A stretch of DNA of 64,000 nucleotides, from positions 12,529 through 76,528 of IMG/VR virus record IMGVR_UViG_3300044898_000031. The stretch is one strand, 5' to 3'. The notes below the pieces were generated by a model, which worked only from the letters and a program-made list of their open reading frames with translations, was not told the origin of the DNA and did not search any database. Numbering within the stretch: position 1 is the stretch's first letter; each line of letters begins with the position of its first letter. The stretch is from a virus (Duplodnaviria; Caudoviricetes). This document shows, in pieces, positions 35,233 through 46,159 of the stretch. Both the position numbers and the translations under genes were made by a program.

Positions 35233-35684
35233 GGGTTCAAATAAGTATTTGCTGCTACAATATTATTTTGTGCCAAAATGCTTAACCCTGCCAAGGCATA
35301 GCGTAAAGCTGCCGCTAAAAATAGTTCACCTATTGAAAGTTCCTGAAATGTTTCATGTGAACAGTTACAGGAGCACCCTACTTTACTGATGATATTTAAA
35401 AAAGTGGCACTATAAATACCTATCGCTAAATAGTCCCTTATTTTTTCATAACTGCCGTTATTGTCTATCACGTCAAGCTTAAACCGAAACCATGCATCTG
35501 CCGTAATGCCATAATTTGCGGTCAGGCTTGTACCCATATTGATCTGCGTTAGCTCGTTGCCTAATGCATCGTAGATAGTCAGCATACGGCTTGTTACTGT
35601 GCCGTACCCTGTTCCGGTATCCGTGGCTGTCAGGGTTTTCCCGTCAAGGGATGATGATATTGAAAGTCCTATTACTGCTGACAT
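35229..35684 (-). CDS. Putative tail/collar structural protein
   Basis: 151 aa; beta-rich N-terminus, 'CSCNC', helical C-terminus; late-operon position. Confidence 0.45.
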   Translation of the reverse strand: MSAVIGLSISSSLDGKTLTATDTGTGYGTVTSRMLTIYDALGNELTQINMGTSLTANYGITADAWFRFKLDVIDNNGSYEKIRDYLAIGIYSATFLNIISKVGCSCNCSHETFQELSIGELFLAAALRYALAGLSILAQNNIVAANTYLNP

Positions 35685-35687
35685 AAC

Positions 35688-36023
35688 TTATGCTTTTTGG
35701 TATTGTAAAAGACTGTAATCTGCAAAAGATGGCGGAACAAGAACATTTATAAGCAACGTATCGCCATTGGCTAATCCGCCCGGAAGCGTTGTCCACGTAA
35801 TGGTATAAACGGTCAATCCGGCTACTGTAGTTTTGGCAACGGTAGCACTATCCATAGGAATAGTGAGTGCTGCGGTAACATCATATATGCTTACTATTGA
35901 CCCCGGAACACCAGTACTAAGATTTATTTTAAGTCCGCTCTGAATACCGTTTATCACCAGCTTTCCGTTGCCGGGGGTAAACGTGTATGTGTACGGATTT
36001 TGTTTACTAATCTGAATAACCAT
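35688..36023 (-). CDS. Putative small virion beta-sandwich protein
   Basis: 111 aa, Thr/Val-rich; TATCTTTA box upstream. Confidence 0.45.
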   Translation of the reverse strand: MVIQISKQNPYTYTFTPGNGKLVINGIQSGLKINLSTGVPGSIVSIYDVTAALTIPMDSATVAKTTVAGLTVYTITWTTLPGGLANGDTLLINVLVPPSFADYSLLQYQKA

Positions 36024-36068
36024 GATTTCTCTATTTTTAGTAAAGATAATTTATTATAAAGGTGTTTT

Positions 36069-39000
36069 TTATTCAGCCTCTTTTGCCATTGTCTTTTGTA
36101 AATCCTGTTGGCCCTTTTGTATAAAATGTGCTTTTGCAGCATCATTGCCATGAGGAGTAAATAATCTCGGCAGTGCTATATCTCGTATATACCCGAAAAG
36201 CGATAATACACCTGCTTGGTCAGCATTAACATTATTATCAATTGAGTTTATGCCAAATAAGCTTTTTTCAAATCCTGTCTTTTGGTTAAGATAATTTATG
36301 CCTTTTTCAAGTGCTGGATTTAATGATTCGGTGGCTACCATAGCATTTGCAAGATACTGCTCTCCAAATCCTACAGCATTAACTTTCCTAAATAAACCAA
36401 TATCTGGTTGCCCTTTATCATTTCTGTTATTAGTAATATAAGGTGCTCTACCTGTTACAGCAGTTGTCACAAACTGAGTCCCTGGCGCTGAGGTTAAAGG
36501 ACTAACGAATGTATTTAAAGCCTGATTAGATGCTGCTTCGACGCTTTGACCTGCTGTACCGCCCAATTGATTTGTTTCCCATGCTTTAGGTGCGCCAATG
36601 GCACGTAATCCACGACCAAGTACAGGGAATTGAGAACCAAAAATATCTATATCATCCCATTCACCAGTTTTTTCATTATAAGCGAATTTCTTCGTGAAAT
36701 CATTTTTAAGGGACTCTGGCATAGGCACACGACCAAGTTTACTTGTTTCATCTTCCCATGGCCATTTTCCTGTAATCGCATGATAGGCTGTCATCCAGTA
36801 AGCAACTGCCCCTACAACCCCTCCTGTCACTAATTGAGCGGCTTTATATCCTATCAATTTAGCCGTTTGTTTAGCGCCCATTTTTGTTGTAAATGCCTGT
36901 TTTATAGTTGGTCTTTCTAATGCCAATGGGCTTGTTCCTGTTACTGCCTGTAATCCTGCTTTATAAATAGCAGAACCAAAGGTATAATATGGTGCCATTC
37001 CGCTCTCCTTTAGATTCCTGCCTAATGTGCTTTGCAGTGCTTTGGTATAAACACCCAATTCTTCCTGCATTTTTTGATGTAATTCAGGGGTTGCCTGTGG
37101 ATTCATAGCATCTGTAAGCCTGTACATAAGAACTCTTGCCTTCAAGTCAAAAGAATGATTGCCATAAAGTAATGGTGAAAAATCCCAAAAAGCAGGAATA
37201 TCTATTTTGCCAACTTTTAAACGTAATGCTTTTGCACCCATATCTTCGGCAAATTCCCTATTCCATGTTTTCTGCCATGTCTTTTCAGGTATAAACCCTT
37301 CATTAGCCATTTTTTGAATAGTTCTTAAAGCATCGTCACTTGAAATGTCAGTGGCTAATATTTTCCCTATTGTTAAAAAACTTTTTGTTACTGGGTTATT
37401 AGCTATAAGCCCTCCCGCTTTACCTATCAGCCCATTTTTATAAGCCCATTCAGTTACATATGGATTTGACCCCGTAATGACACCTGTGAGCCTGTATGCA
37501 TGTGCGGTAGCTTCTAACGGCCCACCCAATTGGAATTTTATGAGTGTATTGGCTACTTTTCCAAATAGGCTATACTTATCAAATTCATCCGTTGAGTTAA
37601 ATATAGGTTTCATCTCATCATGTAACCATTTAGGCATCAGTACGTATTTTGATGGTGTATGTGTGATTTTACCATCATTTATAATCATCCTACTGTCCTT
37701 TACCTTTTCCTTAACAGCATCAAATACCTCGTCACCTATCTGTATTTTATTGCCATCGTCAGGATGATTATGTGGTATATCAACTACTAATCCTGCTTCT
37801 TTTAAAGCATCAATTGCATTTGATTTATTGTTGGTTTTAATAGATGATACAAGCTTATTTGAAAAGTCAGCAATTGCGGTGCTATAATTATCGCCCTGTC
37901 CTGTAAACATTTTATTGTTTATATTTTGAGGGGCATTAAAAGTATTTCCTTTCGACGGTATTCTCGCTTTTTCATTGCCACCTAAACGAGTCATGGGGAA
38001 ATAAGTATCTAATGGGCCAAGAGCATCACTAAAAATACCCTCGTTACTTGCATGGCTGTCGGCTATTGGTTTTTCTATAAATTCCTTATATGCCTCCAAT
38101 GCCTGTTGCATTTTATGGTCGGTAAATTTGCCGTCTTTTACCTGATCATCGAAAGTCTTACCATTAGATAATGTTCCTAAAGTAATTACATTATCTGCCG
38201 CATGTTTAAATACGTCTGAAATATATTGCCGAGCTTCGTCATACCTCGCAGCCCCAATAAGGCTTGCGGCAAAGTCAGCTGGATTACCTTCTCCCTCTAA
38301 TGGCTGTAAGGTTTTTATCATGCTGTACATATTGCCATCTTTGCCATCCTTAAAAAGGTCATGCAAATCACTATCACTTTGCTTTTCTATTTGGTCAGCA
38401 TAGCCATTCCATCGTTCTTTTGCCCCTCGTAGCCTGCTTTCTACCAATGCTTCACGTAGATTTGTCCACCCATCGCTACCAACTAAGTTCTTTATTGCCT
38501 TAGTAGCTGTTTTAAGTATAACTGAGGCTTGCGATCGAGAGGTAGCATATTTTCTAACTGCATCATAAGCATCAAAGTTTTTTATGTCGTGTGTAAATGC
38601 CCTCAACTGTTCTAAGTTCCGTATAGTATAACTTTTTAGTGCCGCTGTTCGGGTATATACCCTTTTAGTTTCATCTTTCTGTTTTTCAGGTAATTCATCT
38701 ACTGGAACAGGTAACTTTGCTTGTGCAGGTATTTGCCTTTTAGGAAGTGTGGCAACTGGCTTTTTGCGCTCCGCCATAAACTGGTCAAGTTCCTTTGGTG
38801 TATTGTATGGCTTTCTCTCTTTTGGATCAAGGTTGGCAAGATGTGCCGCATACGCTGACTTTAAAGCATCAACATCCTCATCGGTGGTATCATGATACGT
38901 TTTTAACCAATCATTTACTATATCGGCAAATTTATGTATACCAATATCAGCATAAGCCTTTATCACTTTAGCCATGCTCTTTAATAATTCAGGGTTGACC

Positions 39001-42000
39001 CCTATATTTGTTTCAGAACGTGCTTTTTTTAAGGCTTGTGATAATTCTTTTTTAGACTGCTCTAAATATTGCCCCCGTTTTACTGCGCCTGCGGATTTTT
39101 CAGGTTGTTCACGTACTGTCTCACCTTTAATATTTTCGTCCGCACTTCGGCTTTCGTCATTGGCCTGTCGTACATCTTCCGGAATGCGTCCAGTGTCTTC
39201 TGCGTTGTTTGCAGGTAGTCCGGTATTTGTTCTTGACTGCTCATAATCCCTTATTTGGTCGGCAGTGATGCCGTTTGGTTTTAAATCCTTTGTTACTCCG
39301 GCTTTTGCCTTATCATTCAGGTTTACCAGTTTAGCCTTACTCTCATCTTGAATATCTAATGCTTCTTTAGCCTTTTTAATAAGTTCGGGAGTAAGTTTTT
39401 CACGATTCTGGCTGTAAGCTAACCGCGCCTCAAAATCGCTGTCATAGGGTTTAGAAATAGTTAATCCTGAATTGGTATCCACAATACCGAATTTCCCATC
39501 AGGGAGTTCCCCCAATGCTAAATGATATTCAGACCCTTTTAGCTTATAAGGTTGAAGCAGGTTATTATCCTTAATTTTGATTTTACCTGCTTTACCTTGC
39601 GTTACTTCTTCTTTGGTGGGAATGGGTTTTTCTTCTTTGCTGGTTTTTTCTTGCTGCCCATTTTGTCCGCTTTCTTGTCCATTTTCGGCTCGTAGCCCTT
39701 CTTCATTGTTGCCATTTTCTGTTGTTTTTATTGGTGAATATTTAATATATTTAGCTATATCATAAACTTTTTGCTCCCGATCAACTTCTGCCTGCCAAAC
39801 TTTAGCCATCTTCTCATCTTTAAGACGATTAGCTTCGACAAGATTATCTTTTGCATTTTGTAACCTTCTCTCAGTGGCTTCCAAATTAGGTCTATTCTCA
39901 GCCAATTGTCTTTCAGTTGACCTTTTTGGCGTTAAATTCGGTTTGCCTTGTGGTGCTTTATCAATACGCTCAGGGAACTCTTTTTTTATTTGGTCAAGCC
40001 CATCGGTGCCTATAAACCAATCTTTGTGAACCTTAAATACACCATCATCCTTTACATTAAAGATAACTTTACCGTCTTTATCAACTTCATACCCTGCTTT
40101 TTTAACAGCATCTACATTTTCGCCATCACCATCCAAAGCCGCATGAACTTCTTGCATTTGATCGATAATATCAGCTTTTTGTGCCTTTAGTTTTGCAGTA
40201 GTGGCATTATCTTTATCCTTTAACTCTTTAGCTTTACTATCAATGGCTTTAATCAACTGTTCTTCTTTGACATCATCCGCTTTAACTTCGGTACGTCCAC
40301 TGGCTTGCTCACTTGTTGTGGTAGGCTCTTTTGGTCGGTCTGATCCGCCCATTTTTTCGCCCATTTCTGGTGTGTCGCGAATGCCCATTTTTGCTGTTTC
40401 TTGCTGAGAAAGGGTGCCATTTTCTTGTTCTCCTATATTAGTTTCAGGTGTTTCATTAACTTTTTCAGCAGGGGCTTCCTGCGGTGCTTGCGGTACGCCA
40501 TTTTCAACAGTCGGCTCAATCGGTGGTGTGTTGACTTGGTTCTGTATATCTTCATGCTGCTCTTTGATGACACCTTTTAAAGCCTTATAAGCCTCGTTCT
40601 TTAATTTGGTAAGGTTCTCTATCCCTACTTCCGCTTCGGTCTTTTCAACGGGGTCTTGTGAGCCGTCAGCGATAGGTTGCAGGTTCTTTAAATCCTCGTC
40701 AATCGCACTGATCTTTTTGCCTATCTTCTGCTTTAAATTTTCCGTCAAATCCGTATGTACGGCATTTACCTTGTCTAAAACGGCCTGTTTCTCCGGTGCT
40801 GATAATTCTGAATTATTTATACCCTCTACGAAACTTGCCTTATCAGCCAATAGGCTTTGCGCTATCGTTTTGACATTGGATAGCTTGCTATACGTTGAAC
40901 TTGCTGCTGCCAGTTGCGCCCTTTTCTCCGGGTCAGTCTCCTTTTTTGCCTGTGCTGCATAATCTACCGCTTTCGCATTCAGGTCAGCCGCATTATCCGG
41001 TAACTCATAAGCTTCTTTAATAGCATCAGGGGAAGCATCCAAAAAGTTGTTCATCGCTACCGCCTGCCTGTTCTGCTTAAATTCCTGCAATGGCGCATCC
41101 GCCTTTTCAAACTCTCCTGCGGTATGTGCCGCCTTTAACAGCCCAAAAAAACCACCGATACCTGCATTAGTTTCCGCCTCTTTTAAATCAAATGGTTTTC
41201 CTTGTAATAAATTTGAGGCAATAGGATAAGCCCCGAAGATAGCGGCATCCGTAACTGCATCAACCCCCATTTTAGTAAGTTTACCATCGGTTAATATTCC
41301 TGTCGAAGTAAGTCCGTTAGCTATCTTTGGCGAAATAAACTCCCCTCCTATTGAACCCAATACATTCATGGTAGCGGCGCTTATCCCCTCGTGTACTGCT
41401 CCCTTTAAGCCCTCTTTAGCAGCTTCTGCGGGTGCGCGTCCCTGCTGCCTTGCAAGGTCATAGCTTTCCAGCCCTCCTTTAATAGCTGATATTTTTGTAA
41501 ATGGATTTATCACCACTGATTTTAACTTCGCCAGTGACGCAGCATTTACGCCCATATCGGCTGTAGTGCCCAATTCCGCTTCGGGTGCTAATGCTGCCGC
41601 ACCTGCTATTGGGGCTATATTGATAAGCCCACTTGTCACGTTCCCAAAAAATGTATTTGGCAACGGGTTCTTCTGATCCTGCTCCGTAGTGGCATTATTA
41701 TAACTGTCAAGCCCTAAAGCAAGCTTATTAGTAAAACTGCCTGCGGTATGGTCATCCCCTAATTTATTAGCCAAATCAACTGATACGTGGGCTAAGCCAG
41801 CCAGTGGCTTTGTTACAGCCCCTACAAGCGCATGCTCAAATATTGGGAGTGTATTGCCCCAATTCCCGGGATGTGCTTTCTCAAAGTCTTTACGCTGCTT
41901 TTCTAAGTCCTGATAATATTGACTACCGGGATTATTAAGCTGCGCTTCAGGCGTATTTTGATTAGCTATAAACTGCTGCACTGCTGCTTTATCATCAGGG

Positions 42001-42335
42001 TTATTCTGATTAAAAATAGGGGCATCCTGTGGCATTCCCTGAAACTGTGGATTTGGCGTATTAGCTACCTGCTGGTCGTGCGCTAACTGCGCTTGTCCGT
42101 TTAATGGGAATGGATTAAAATCTTGGCCGTTCGTGCCACCACTCTGCGAGCCGTTTGAGGTAGTTGACGCAGCGGGAGTAGAAACTTTTTTTTTTACGGC
42201 CAAATCCCCGAAAGGATTAAGACCGCCCGTTTTATCCTGTACAGGCGCAGGCGTAGTCCCATGCTTGTACTGATGCAAAGCCTTTAAAAGTGGGTTATCG
42301 CCCGGAGGTGTTTCTACTGCATTTAAATCAGCCAT
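36069..42335 (-). CDS. Large internal virion or ejection protein (2088 aa)
   Basis: Largest ORF; after two cargo-type genes; low-complexity N-terminus, Gly/Ala helices, helical C-terminal region; no DxDGD/DFDxD polymerase motif seen. Confidence 0.65.
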   Translation of the reverse strand: MADLNAVETPPGDNPLLKALHQYKHGTTPAPVQDKTGGLNPFGDLAVKKKVSTPAASTTSNGSQSGGTNGQDFNPFPLNGQAQLAHDQQVANTPNPQFQGMPQDAPIFNQNNPDDKAAVQQFIANQNTPEAQLNNPGSQYYQDLEKQRKDFEKAHPGNWGNTLPIFEHALVGAVTKPLAGLAHVSVDLANKLGDDHTAGSFTNKLALGLDSYNNATTEQDQKNPLPNTFFGNVTSGLINIAPIAGAAALAPEAELGTTADMGVNAASLAKLKSVVINPFTKISAIKGGLESYDLARQQGRAPAEAAKEGLKGAVHEGISAATMNVLGSIGGEFISPKIANGLTSTGILTDGKLTKMGVDAVTDAAIFGAYPIASNLLQGKPFDLKEAETNAGIGGFFGLLKAAHTAGEFEKADAPLQEFKQNRQAVAMNNFLDASPDAIKEAYELPDNAADLNAKAVDYAAQAKKETDPEKRAQLAAASSTYSKLSNVKTIAQSLLADKASFVEGINNSELSAPEKQAVLDKVNAVHTDLTENLKQKIGKKISAIDEDLKNLQPIADGSQDPVEKTEAEVGIENLTKLKNEAYKALKGVIKEQHEDIQNQVNTPPIEPTVENGVPQAPQEAPAEKVNETPETNIGEQENGTLSQQETAKMGIRDTPEMGEKMGGSDRPKEPTTTSEQASGRTEVKADDVKEEQLIKAIDSKAKELKDKDNATTAKLKAQKADIIDQMQEVHAALDGDGENVDAVKKAGYEVDKDGKVIFNVKDDGVFKVHKDWFIGTDGLDQIKKEFPERIDKAPQGKPNLTPKRSTERQLAENRPNLEATERRLQNAKDNLVEANRLKDEKMAKVWQAEVDREQKVYDIAKYIKYSPIKTTENGNNEEGLRAENGQESGQNGQQEKTSKEEKPIPTKEEVTQGKAGKIKIKDNNLLQPYKLKGSEYHLALGELPDGKFGIVDTNSGLTISKPYDSDFEARLAYSQNREKLTPELIKKAKEALDIQDESKAKLVNLNDKAKAGVTKDLKPNGITADQIRDYEQSRTNTGLPANNAEDTGRIPEDVRQANDESRSADENIKGETVREQPEKSAGAVKRGQYLEQSKKELSQALKKARSETNIGVNPELLKSMAKVIKAYADIGIHKFADIVNDWLKTYHDTTDEDVDALKSAYAAHLANLDPKERKPYNTPKELDQFMAERKKPVATLPKRQIPAQAKLPVPVDELPEKQKDETKRVYTRTAALKSYTIRNLEQLRAFTHDIKNFDAYDAVRKYATSRSQASVILKTATKAIKNLVGSDGWTNLREALVESRLRGAKERWNGYADQIEKQSDSDLHDLFKDGKDGNMYSMIKTLQPLEGEGNPADFAASLIGAARYDEARQYISDVFKHAADNVITLGTLSNGKTFDDQVKDGKFTDHKMQQALEAYKEFIEKPIADSHASNEGIFSDALGPLDTYFPMTRLGGNEKARIPSKGNTFNAPQNINNKMFTGQGDNYSTAIADFSNKLVSSIKTNNKSNAIDALKEAGLVVDIPHNHPDDGNKIQIGDEVFDAVKEKVKDSRMIINDGKITHTPSKYVLMPKWLHDEMKPIFNSTDEFDKYSLFGKVANTLIKFQLGGPLEATAHAYRLTGVITGSNPYVTEWAYKNGLIGKAGGLIANNPVTKSFLTIGKILATDISSDDALRTIQKMANEGFIPEKTWQKTWNREFAEDMGAKALRLKVGKIDIPAFWDFSPLLYGNHSFDLKARVLMYRLTDAMNPQATPELHQKMQEELGVYTKALQSTLGRNLKESGMAPYYTFGSAIYKAGLQAVTGTSPLALERPTIKQAFTTKMGAKQTAKLIGYKAAQLVTGGVVGAVAYWMTAYHAITGKWPWEDETSKLGRVPMPESLKNDFTKKFAYNEKTGEWDDIDIFGSQFPVLGRGLRAIGAPKAWETNQLGGTAGQSVEAASNQALNTFVSPLTSAPGTQFVTTAVTGRAPYITNNRNDKGQPDIGLFRKVNAVGFGEQYLANAMVATESLNPALEKGINYLNQKTGFEKSLFGINSIDNNVNADQAGVLSLFGYIRDIALPRLFTPHGNDAAKAHFIQKGQQDLQKTMAKEAE

Positions 42336-44035
42336 TATTGTATATTAAATGTTTTGCTCAAAAAGTCAAACCTGTCTTGTGCACTAAGCGCCTTAAAATC
42401 AGGGCTATTTATCAGTTCTTTAAAATCATCCTGCATTTTGTCAAATTTATCAGTTTTTATCTTACTATTTCCCTTGATGGCATCATAAGGGATTGCTGCT
42501 GGCTGATACTCTGTCTTCCCTTTTTCATTTTTTACTGGCCTGTCCCCATATACCCACGGTGAAAAATTGATCTTATTCAGCTGATTTGATTTTATCAGGT
42601 TGGTTAATTGCTCTTTTGACATCACGGCACCATCCTTACTATCTGAAAAAGTTGGCTCCATCTTTATTGCCCCTGCGGTAAATTCAAAAGGCTGCGTATT
42701 TTTTATTACGTGTCCTGTTTTTATATCTACATAGCTTCCCGGGGTCGTCATTACCTTTGTTTGAGGAAAGTTCTGTGAAAATAAAGTAGCCCCTTGTTTG
42801 GGTACGACAAAGCTATTAGCCAAGATTGGTTTATCGAGATCGTCATCTATACCATTTAATTTCTTTTTGTAACCAACAATTTTAGGCACAACCTTACCAT
42901 TTTTATCTATATTCTGTGAGATAACAGGGACAGTGCTTTCCTGATTGCCAAATACAACATCACCGCCATCATTCTTATTCTGCTTATCCTCAAAGTCTTT
43001 CTGCGCCCGGTTTTCCTGATTATAGGCAAAATCAGGTACGTCCTCATTCTTGATATTGGCTTTTGTCCTTGCCCGGTCAACATACTCTTTTATAATGCCA
43101 TTATAAGCCTGCTTGCCCTGAAAGTCTCGTTGTGACTTCTGCTGTAATAATGCCTGATAACGCGGGTCTTGGTAACTGGTTATTCCTGCCTGTACCAATC
43201 CCTGTTGCCCTTGTGGGTTATTCCGGAAAAATACATCGTTGATATGGGTAATATCATCCAAATTATCAGGCAGGCCTTGTGCCTGCTGTGGTGTTAGCCC
43301 TGTCTTTTGCTGTATATATTGCTGACCTCCCGGTGTTGAAGCATAAAGGTTAGCCCCGTTACGTGCTGTGGCCTGCGGCATAAACTGCTTGCTGACTATT
43401 TTATGACCGCTTTTGGTAACTATCGTATTTTCAGGGGTCATTACAGGCTCCGCTTTACTCAATACGGTCGTTTCAGGATTAAACGCTTCGCTCACATAAG
43501 GCGCCTGCAATCCTTTGTCAATAATGTCCCTTAATTTATTTTTAGTATAAAAATCATGCATATTCTGTATTGCAACGGGGTCAAACTGCCCGGCAGGGCT
43601 TTCAGCTACTTTCTTATCCTGCTCCAAAAGGTGGTCTTGCAGTTGCTTTCTGACATCCTGCATATTGTATAAATGGGCGCGGTCGCTCATATACTGGTCA
43701 TGGGCTGCCATCTGCTGAGGGTCGTTGGGATTAGGGTTATAAATATCGATCCCCTGTTTGGCGTAATCACTCCCCTGCTGTATGTGCTTTTGCTGCAAAG
43801 CCATCAGTTCATTATTGAACAGTGTGCCATTGGCTGCCTTAAACGCATTTTCCTTATATGATTTTGCTAAGTCCTGCGCTTGTTTTTGTTTATTAGCGGC
43901 ATTTAACTGGTCTATCTTCTGATTATAGTCAATCGTGTCCAATAGCCTGTCTGCTGCCTGCGAGCCTTGCGGTAATATATACGCGGCACCTGTTCCCGCT
44001 TCACCTAATGGTACTGAATTGTAGCCGTCTGCCAT
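42335..44035 (-). CDS. Internal virion or ejection protein (566 aa)
   Basis: TAATG-coupled start MADGYNSV at 44035; Gln-rich helical. Confidence 0.6.
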   Translation of the reverse strand: MADGYNSVPLGEAGTGAAYILPQGSQAADRLLDTIDYNQKIDQLNAANKQKQAQDLAKSYKENAFKAANGTLFNNELMALQQKHIQQGSDYAKQGIDIYNPNPNDPQQMAAHDQYMSDRAHLYNMQDVRKQLQDHLLEQDKKVAESPAGQFDPVAIQNMHDFYTKNKLRDIIDKGLQAPYVSEAFNPETTVLSKAEPVMTPENTIVTKSGHKIVSKQFMPQATARNGANLYASTPGGQQYIQQKTGLTPQQAQGLPDNLDDITHINDVFFRNNPQGQQGLVQAGITSYQDPRYQALLQQKSQRDFQGKQAYNGIIKEYVDRARTKANIKNEDVPDFAYNQENRAQKDFEDKQNKNDGGDVVFGNQESTVPVISQNIDKNGKVVPKIVGYKKKLNGIDDDLDKPILANSFVVPKQGATLFSQNFPQTKVMTTPGSYVDIKTGHVIKNTQPFEFTAGAIKMEPTFSDSKDGAVMSKEQLTNLIKSNQLNKINFSPWVYGDRPVKNEKGKTEYQPAAIPYDAIKGNSKIKTDKFDKMQDDFKELINSPDFKALSAQDRFDFLSKTFNIQ

Positions 44036-44838
44036 TATGTTGTAGGATAACGTGAGTAAAGGTCTTTCCAACCCGTGAATTGTGGTACTTGTCCCCCTTG
44101 ACTATCTGAATAAGGATTTTGAGGTTGCTGTGCCGGGGCTGTTGCAAATATACTTTGCATGGGCTTTGCATTTCCTACCCCCTGATTGCTTAAATCCGTT
44201 GTGACGTGTTTAGGGTTCAAATAGCCGGATAATACGCTTGCCCCTGTGTCAATGGCATTATATTCATTGGTATTGCCTGCCTGTGTAAGTGCTGCCTTTT
44301 GCCTTAATAACTGGTCATACTGCTGCCTGTCATAAGCGTTCTTGTTTTGATACTGCTGCCCTGCTGCTGCATTGGCATCGAGGTAAGTGCCCAACATGCT
44401 ATCTTTTCCTTGCTGCTGCGCTGCGGTTAGCTGCTGCTGTGCAACATTTTTACCATAAGCCAGCTTTGCTGCTAAGTCGGCTACATCCCCACCGCTCGAA
44501 GCGCCCTGTACCCCCTGCGTATAGGCATTCTCAAAATTGTTATTTATATTGGATTGTGCCTGTGTCTGTCCGGGAAGGGTGTAATTATTATATCGGTCGC
44601 TTACGATACGCTGGTTATTAATAATGCCTTGATTAAGCTGATAGCCGGGGTTGACAGGGTTTATTTTATTCGCCTGTGACTTTTGTGAAGCACCTGAAAA
44701 TAGCTTAAATAAAGATGGCGCAAGCCCGATAACACCACCTACAACAGCGCCTGCTGCTGTTCCAACACCGGGAATAACAGACCCAATTGTTGCACCTGTG
44801 GCTGCGCCCGAACCTGCTGCTCCGAAATCTAATCCCAT
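44035..44838 (-). CDS. Ejection protein with N-terminal glycine-zipper TM segment
   Basis: 'GAAGSGAATGATIGSVIPGVGTAAGAVVGGVIG' then Gln/Ala coiled coil; follows the muzzle genes. Confidence 0.7.
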   Translation of the reverse strand: MGLDFGAAGSGAATGATIGSVIPGVGTAAGAVVGGVIGLAPSLFKLFSGASQKSQANKINPVNPGYQLNQGIINNQRIVSDRYNNYTLPGQTQAQSNINNNFENAYTQGVQGASSGGDVADLAAKLAYGKNVAQQQLTAAQQQGKDSMLGTYLDANAAAGQQYQNKNAYDRQQYDQLLRQKAALTQAGNTNEYNAIDTGASVLSGYLNPKHVTTDLSNQGVGNAKPMQSIFATAPAQQPQNPYSDSQGGQVPQFTGWKDLYSRYPTT

Positions 44839-44868
44839 ATTACAAATATATTAATTTAACGCCCTTAA

Positions 44869-45807
44869 TTATTCACCGCCATTATAGCTATAATTTTGAT
44901 TATCTGTCATAAAATCCATACTCACTATCCTTACAAAAGTATTGCTGTCATTCCTGATCGTTACCTGCATTATTTTGCCCTGTAATTCCGCTCCGTTAAA
45001 CAAGGCTTTTACCACATCGGTATAACGAGGGTCTGTCATATCCCTTAAAAAGTCGGCAAAGTAATCCCCCTGTAATTGCTTATAATTCCCCTTTTTCAAC
45101 CTCGACTGCTGCCCGTTTGGTTTCCCCTCATACGGTAAGATAAATATATCCCCCTGATTTGGTGAACCCCATACGGATGAGGCTACCTGACGGGCTGAAA
45201 AGAAGTTTTTCACTACCTGATCGTCCACGTTTACATAAAAGGTTATTTCAGACTCATACTGCACCCCATAAAAGTTATTATATACCGAGCTATCATTGTT
45301 TTTCCAAAGCTGTCCATTTTTAAAGCTAAATAACTTATCCCCATACCTGATGCTGTTTTCAGGCTCTAAAGAATAGTAAGTTGACCACTTCTTAAATTTC
45401 TCGCAAAAAGCTAATGTCTGTCCGTTATCGGGATTAAGTAAATGGATGGCTATTTCAAAGGCACTTATCCTTAATGAGCCATCAGAGTAAAACTGGATAT
45501 TAGGATTCCCGTCATAGGTAAACGTCTGTTCAAAGTTTACCACGTTCCCGGTTTGTGGCGTGCCATTTACTGCTCCGAATATCGGGTATACCTGCCCTGA
45601 CACATAATTATCAACGGTATAAGTCAAATCGTACTGTTGCCCTGTTATTAGCCCCAATTGCGTCAGGTCGCCTTTATAGCTTACCAAGCCGGGATTGCAG
45701 GGGAAGTGCTGCGCAAAGCCTCCGCTTATTACCCATCCGCTGTCTGAGAAATCAGAAACAGGGTCTACATATCCCATTTGCCCGACTATCATTGATATAC
45801 TTCCCAT
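44869..45807 (-). CDS. C-terminal part of the tail muzzle protein, with N-terminal jelly-roll-like domain
   Basis: 'AFCEKFKKWSTYYSLEPE...FSFKNGQLW...NNFYGVQYES...VKNF' resembles the C-terminus of crAss-like muzzle proteins; TAATG-coupled start at 45807. Confidence 0.6.
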   Translation of the reverse strand: MGSISMIVGQMGYVDPVSDFSDSGWVISGGFAQHFPCNPGLVSYKGDLTQLGLITGQQYDLTYTVDNYVSGQVYPIFGAVNGTPQTGNVVNFEQTFTYDGNPNIQFYSDGSLRISAFEIAIHLLNPDNGQTLAFCEKFKKWSTYYSLEPENSIRYGDKLFSFKNGQLWKNNDSSVYNNFYGVQYESEITFYVNVDDQVVKNFFSARQVASSVWGSPNQGDIFILPYEGKPNGQQSRLKKGNYKQLQGDYFADFLRDMTDPRYTDVVKALFNGAELQGKIMQVTIRNDSNTFVRIVSMDFMTDNQNYSYNGGE

Positions 45808-46157
45808 TATACTCCTCCTCCTGTTGCTCCTGTTGCCGGAATAGGGCACGAAGTCGTATTAAAAACTGGTGCTACATAATAGGTATTAAGTACACGGTCA
45901 GTAAGCAACGTCCATGTACCTGCTATTTTCTTAAATAAAGTATCGTTGGGCTGATTATACCAAATATCCCCATCAGAACCTCCAATGGGTGATATATTAC
46001 TATTGGCATTATAGGTAATAGAAGTCCCATCCGGCACGATTGCCTGTGGTGATATTTGCTGAATATTAGGCATAATCAGTCCATCAAGGGCGCTGTTATC
46101 TAAATAGATACCTTCTAATATTGTCCATCCCAAATATCCACTATTTACTAATGCCAT
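45807..46157 (-). CDS. Small tail-associated protein
   Basis: 116 aa; 'NSGYLGW...PN...Y.AP...SCP' with an internal 'GSDGDIWY...KKIAGTW' fibre-type repeat. Confidence 0.5.
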   Translation of the reverse strand: MALVNSGYLGWTILEGIYLDNSALDGLIMPNIQQISPQAIVPDGTSITYNANSNISPIGGSDGDIWYNQPNDTLFKKIAGTWTLLTDRVLNTYYVAPVFNTTSCPIPATGATGGGV

Positions 46158-46159
46158 AA

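Noticed and set aside
36069-44035. Virion RNA polymerase as in Crassvirales
   Set aside because: No DxDGD/DFDxD catalytic motif found; 'LDGDGE' and 'WDDIDI' do not fit. A profile search is still advisable.
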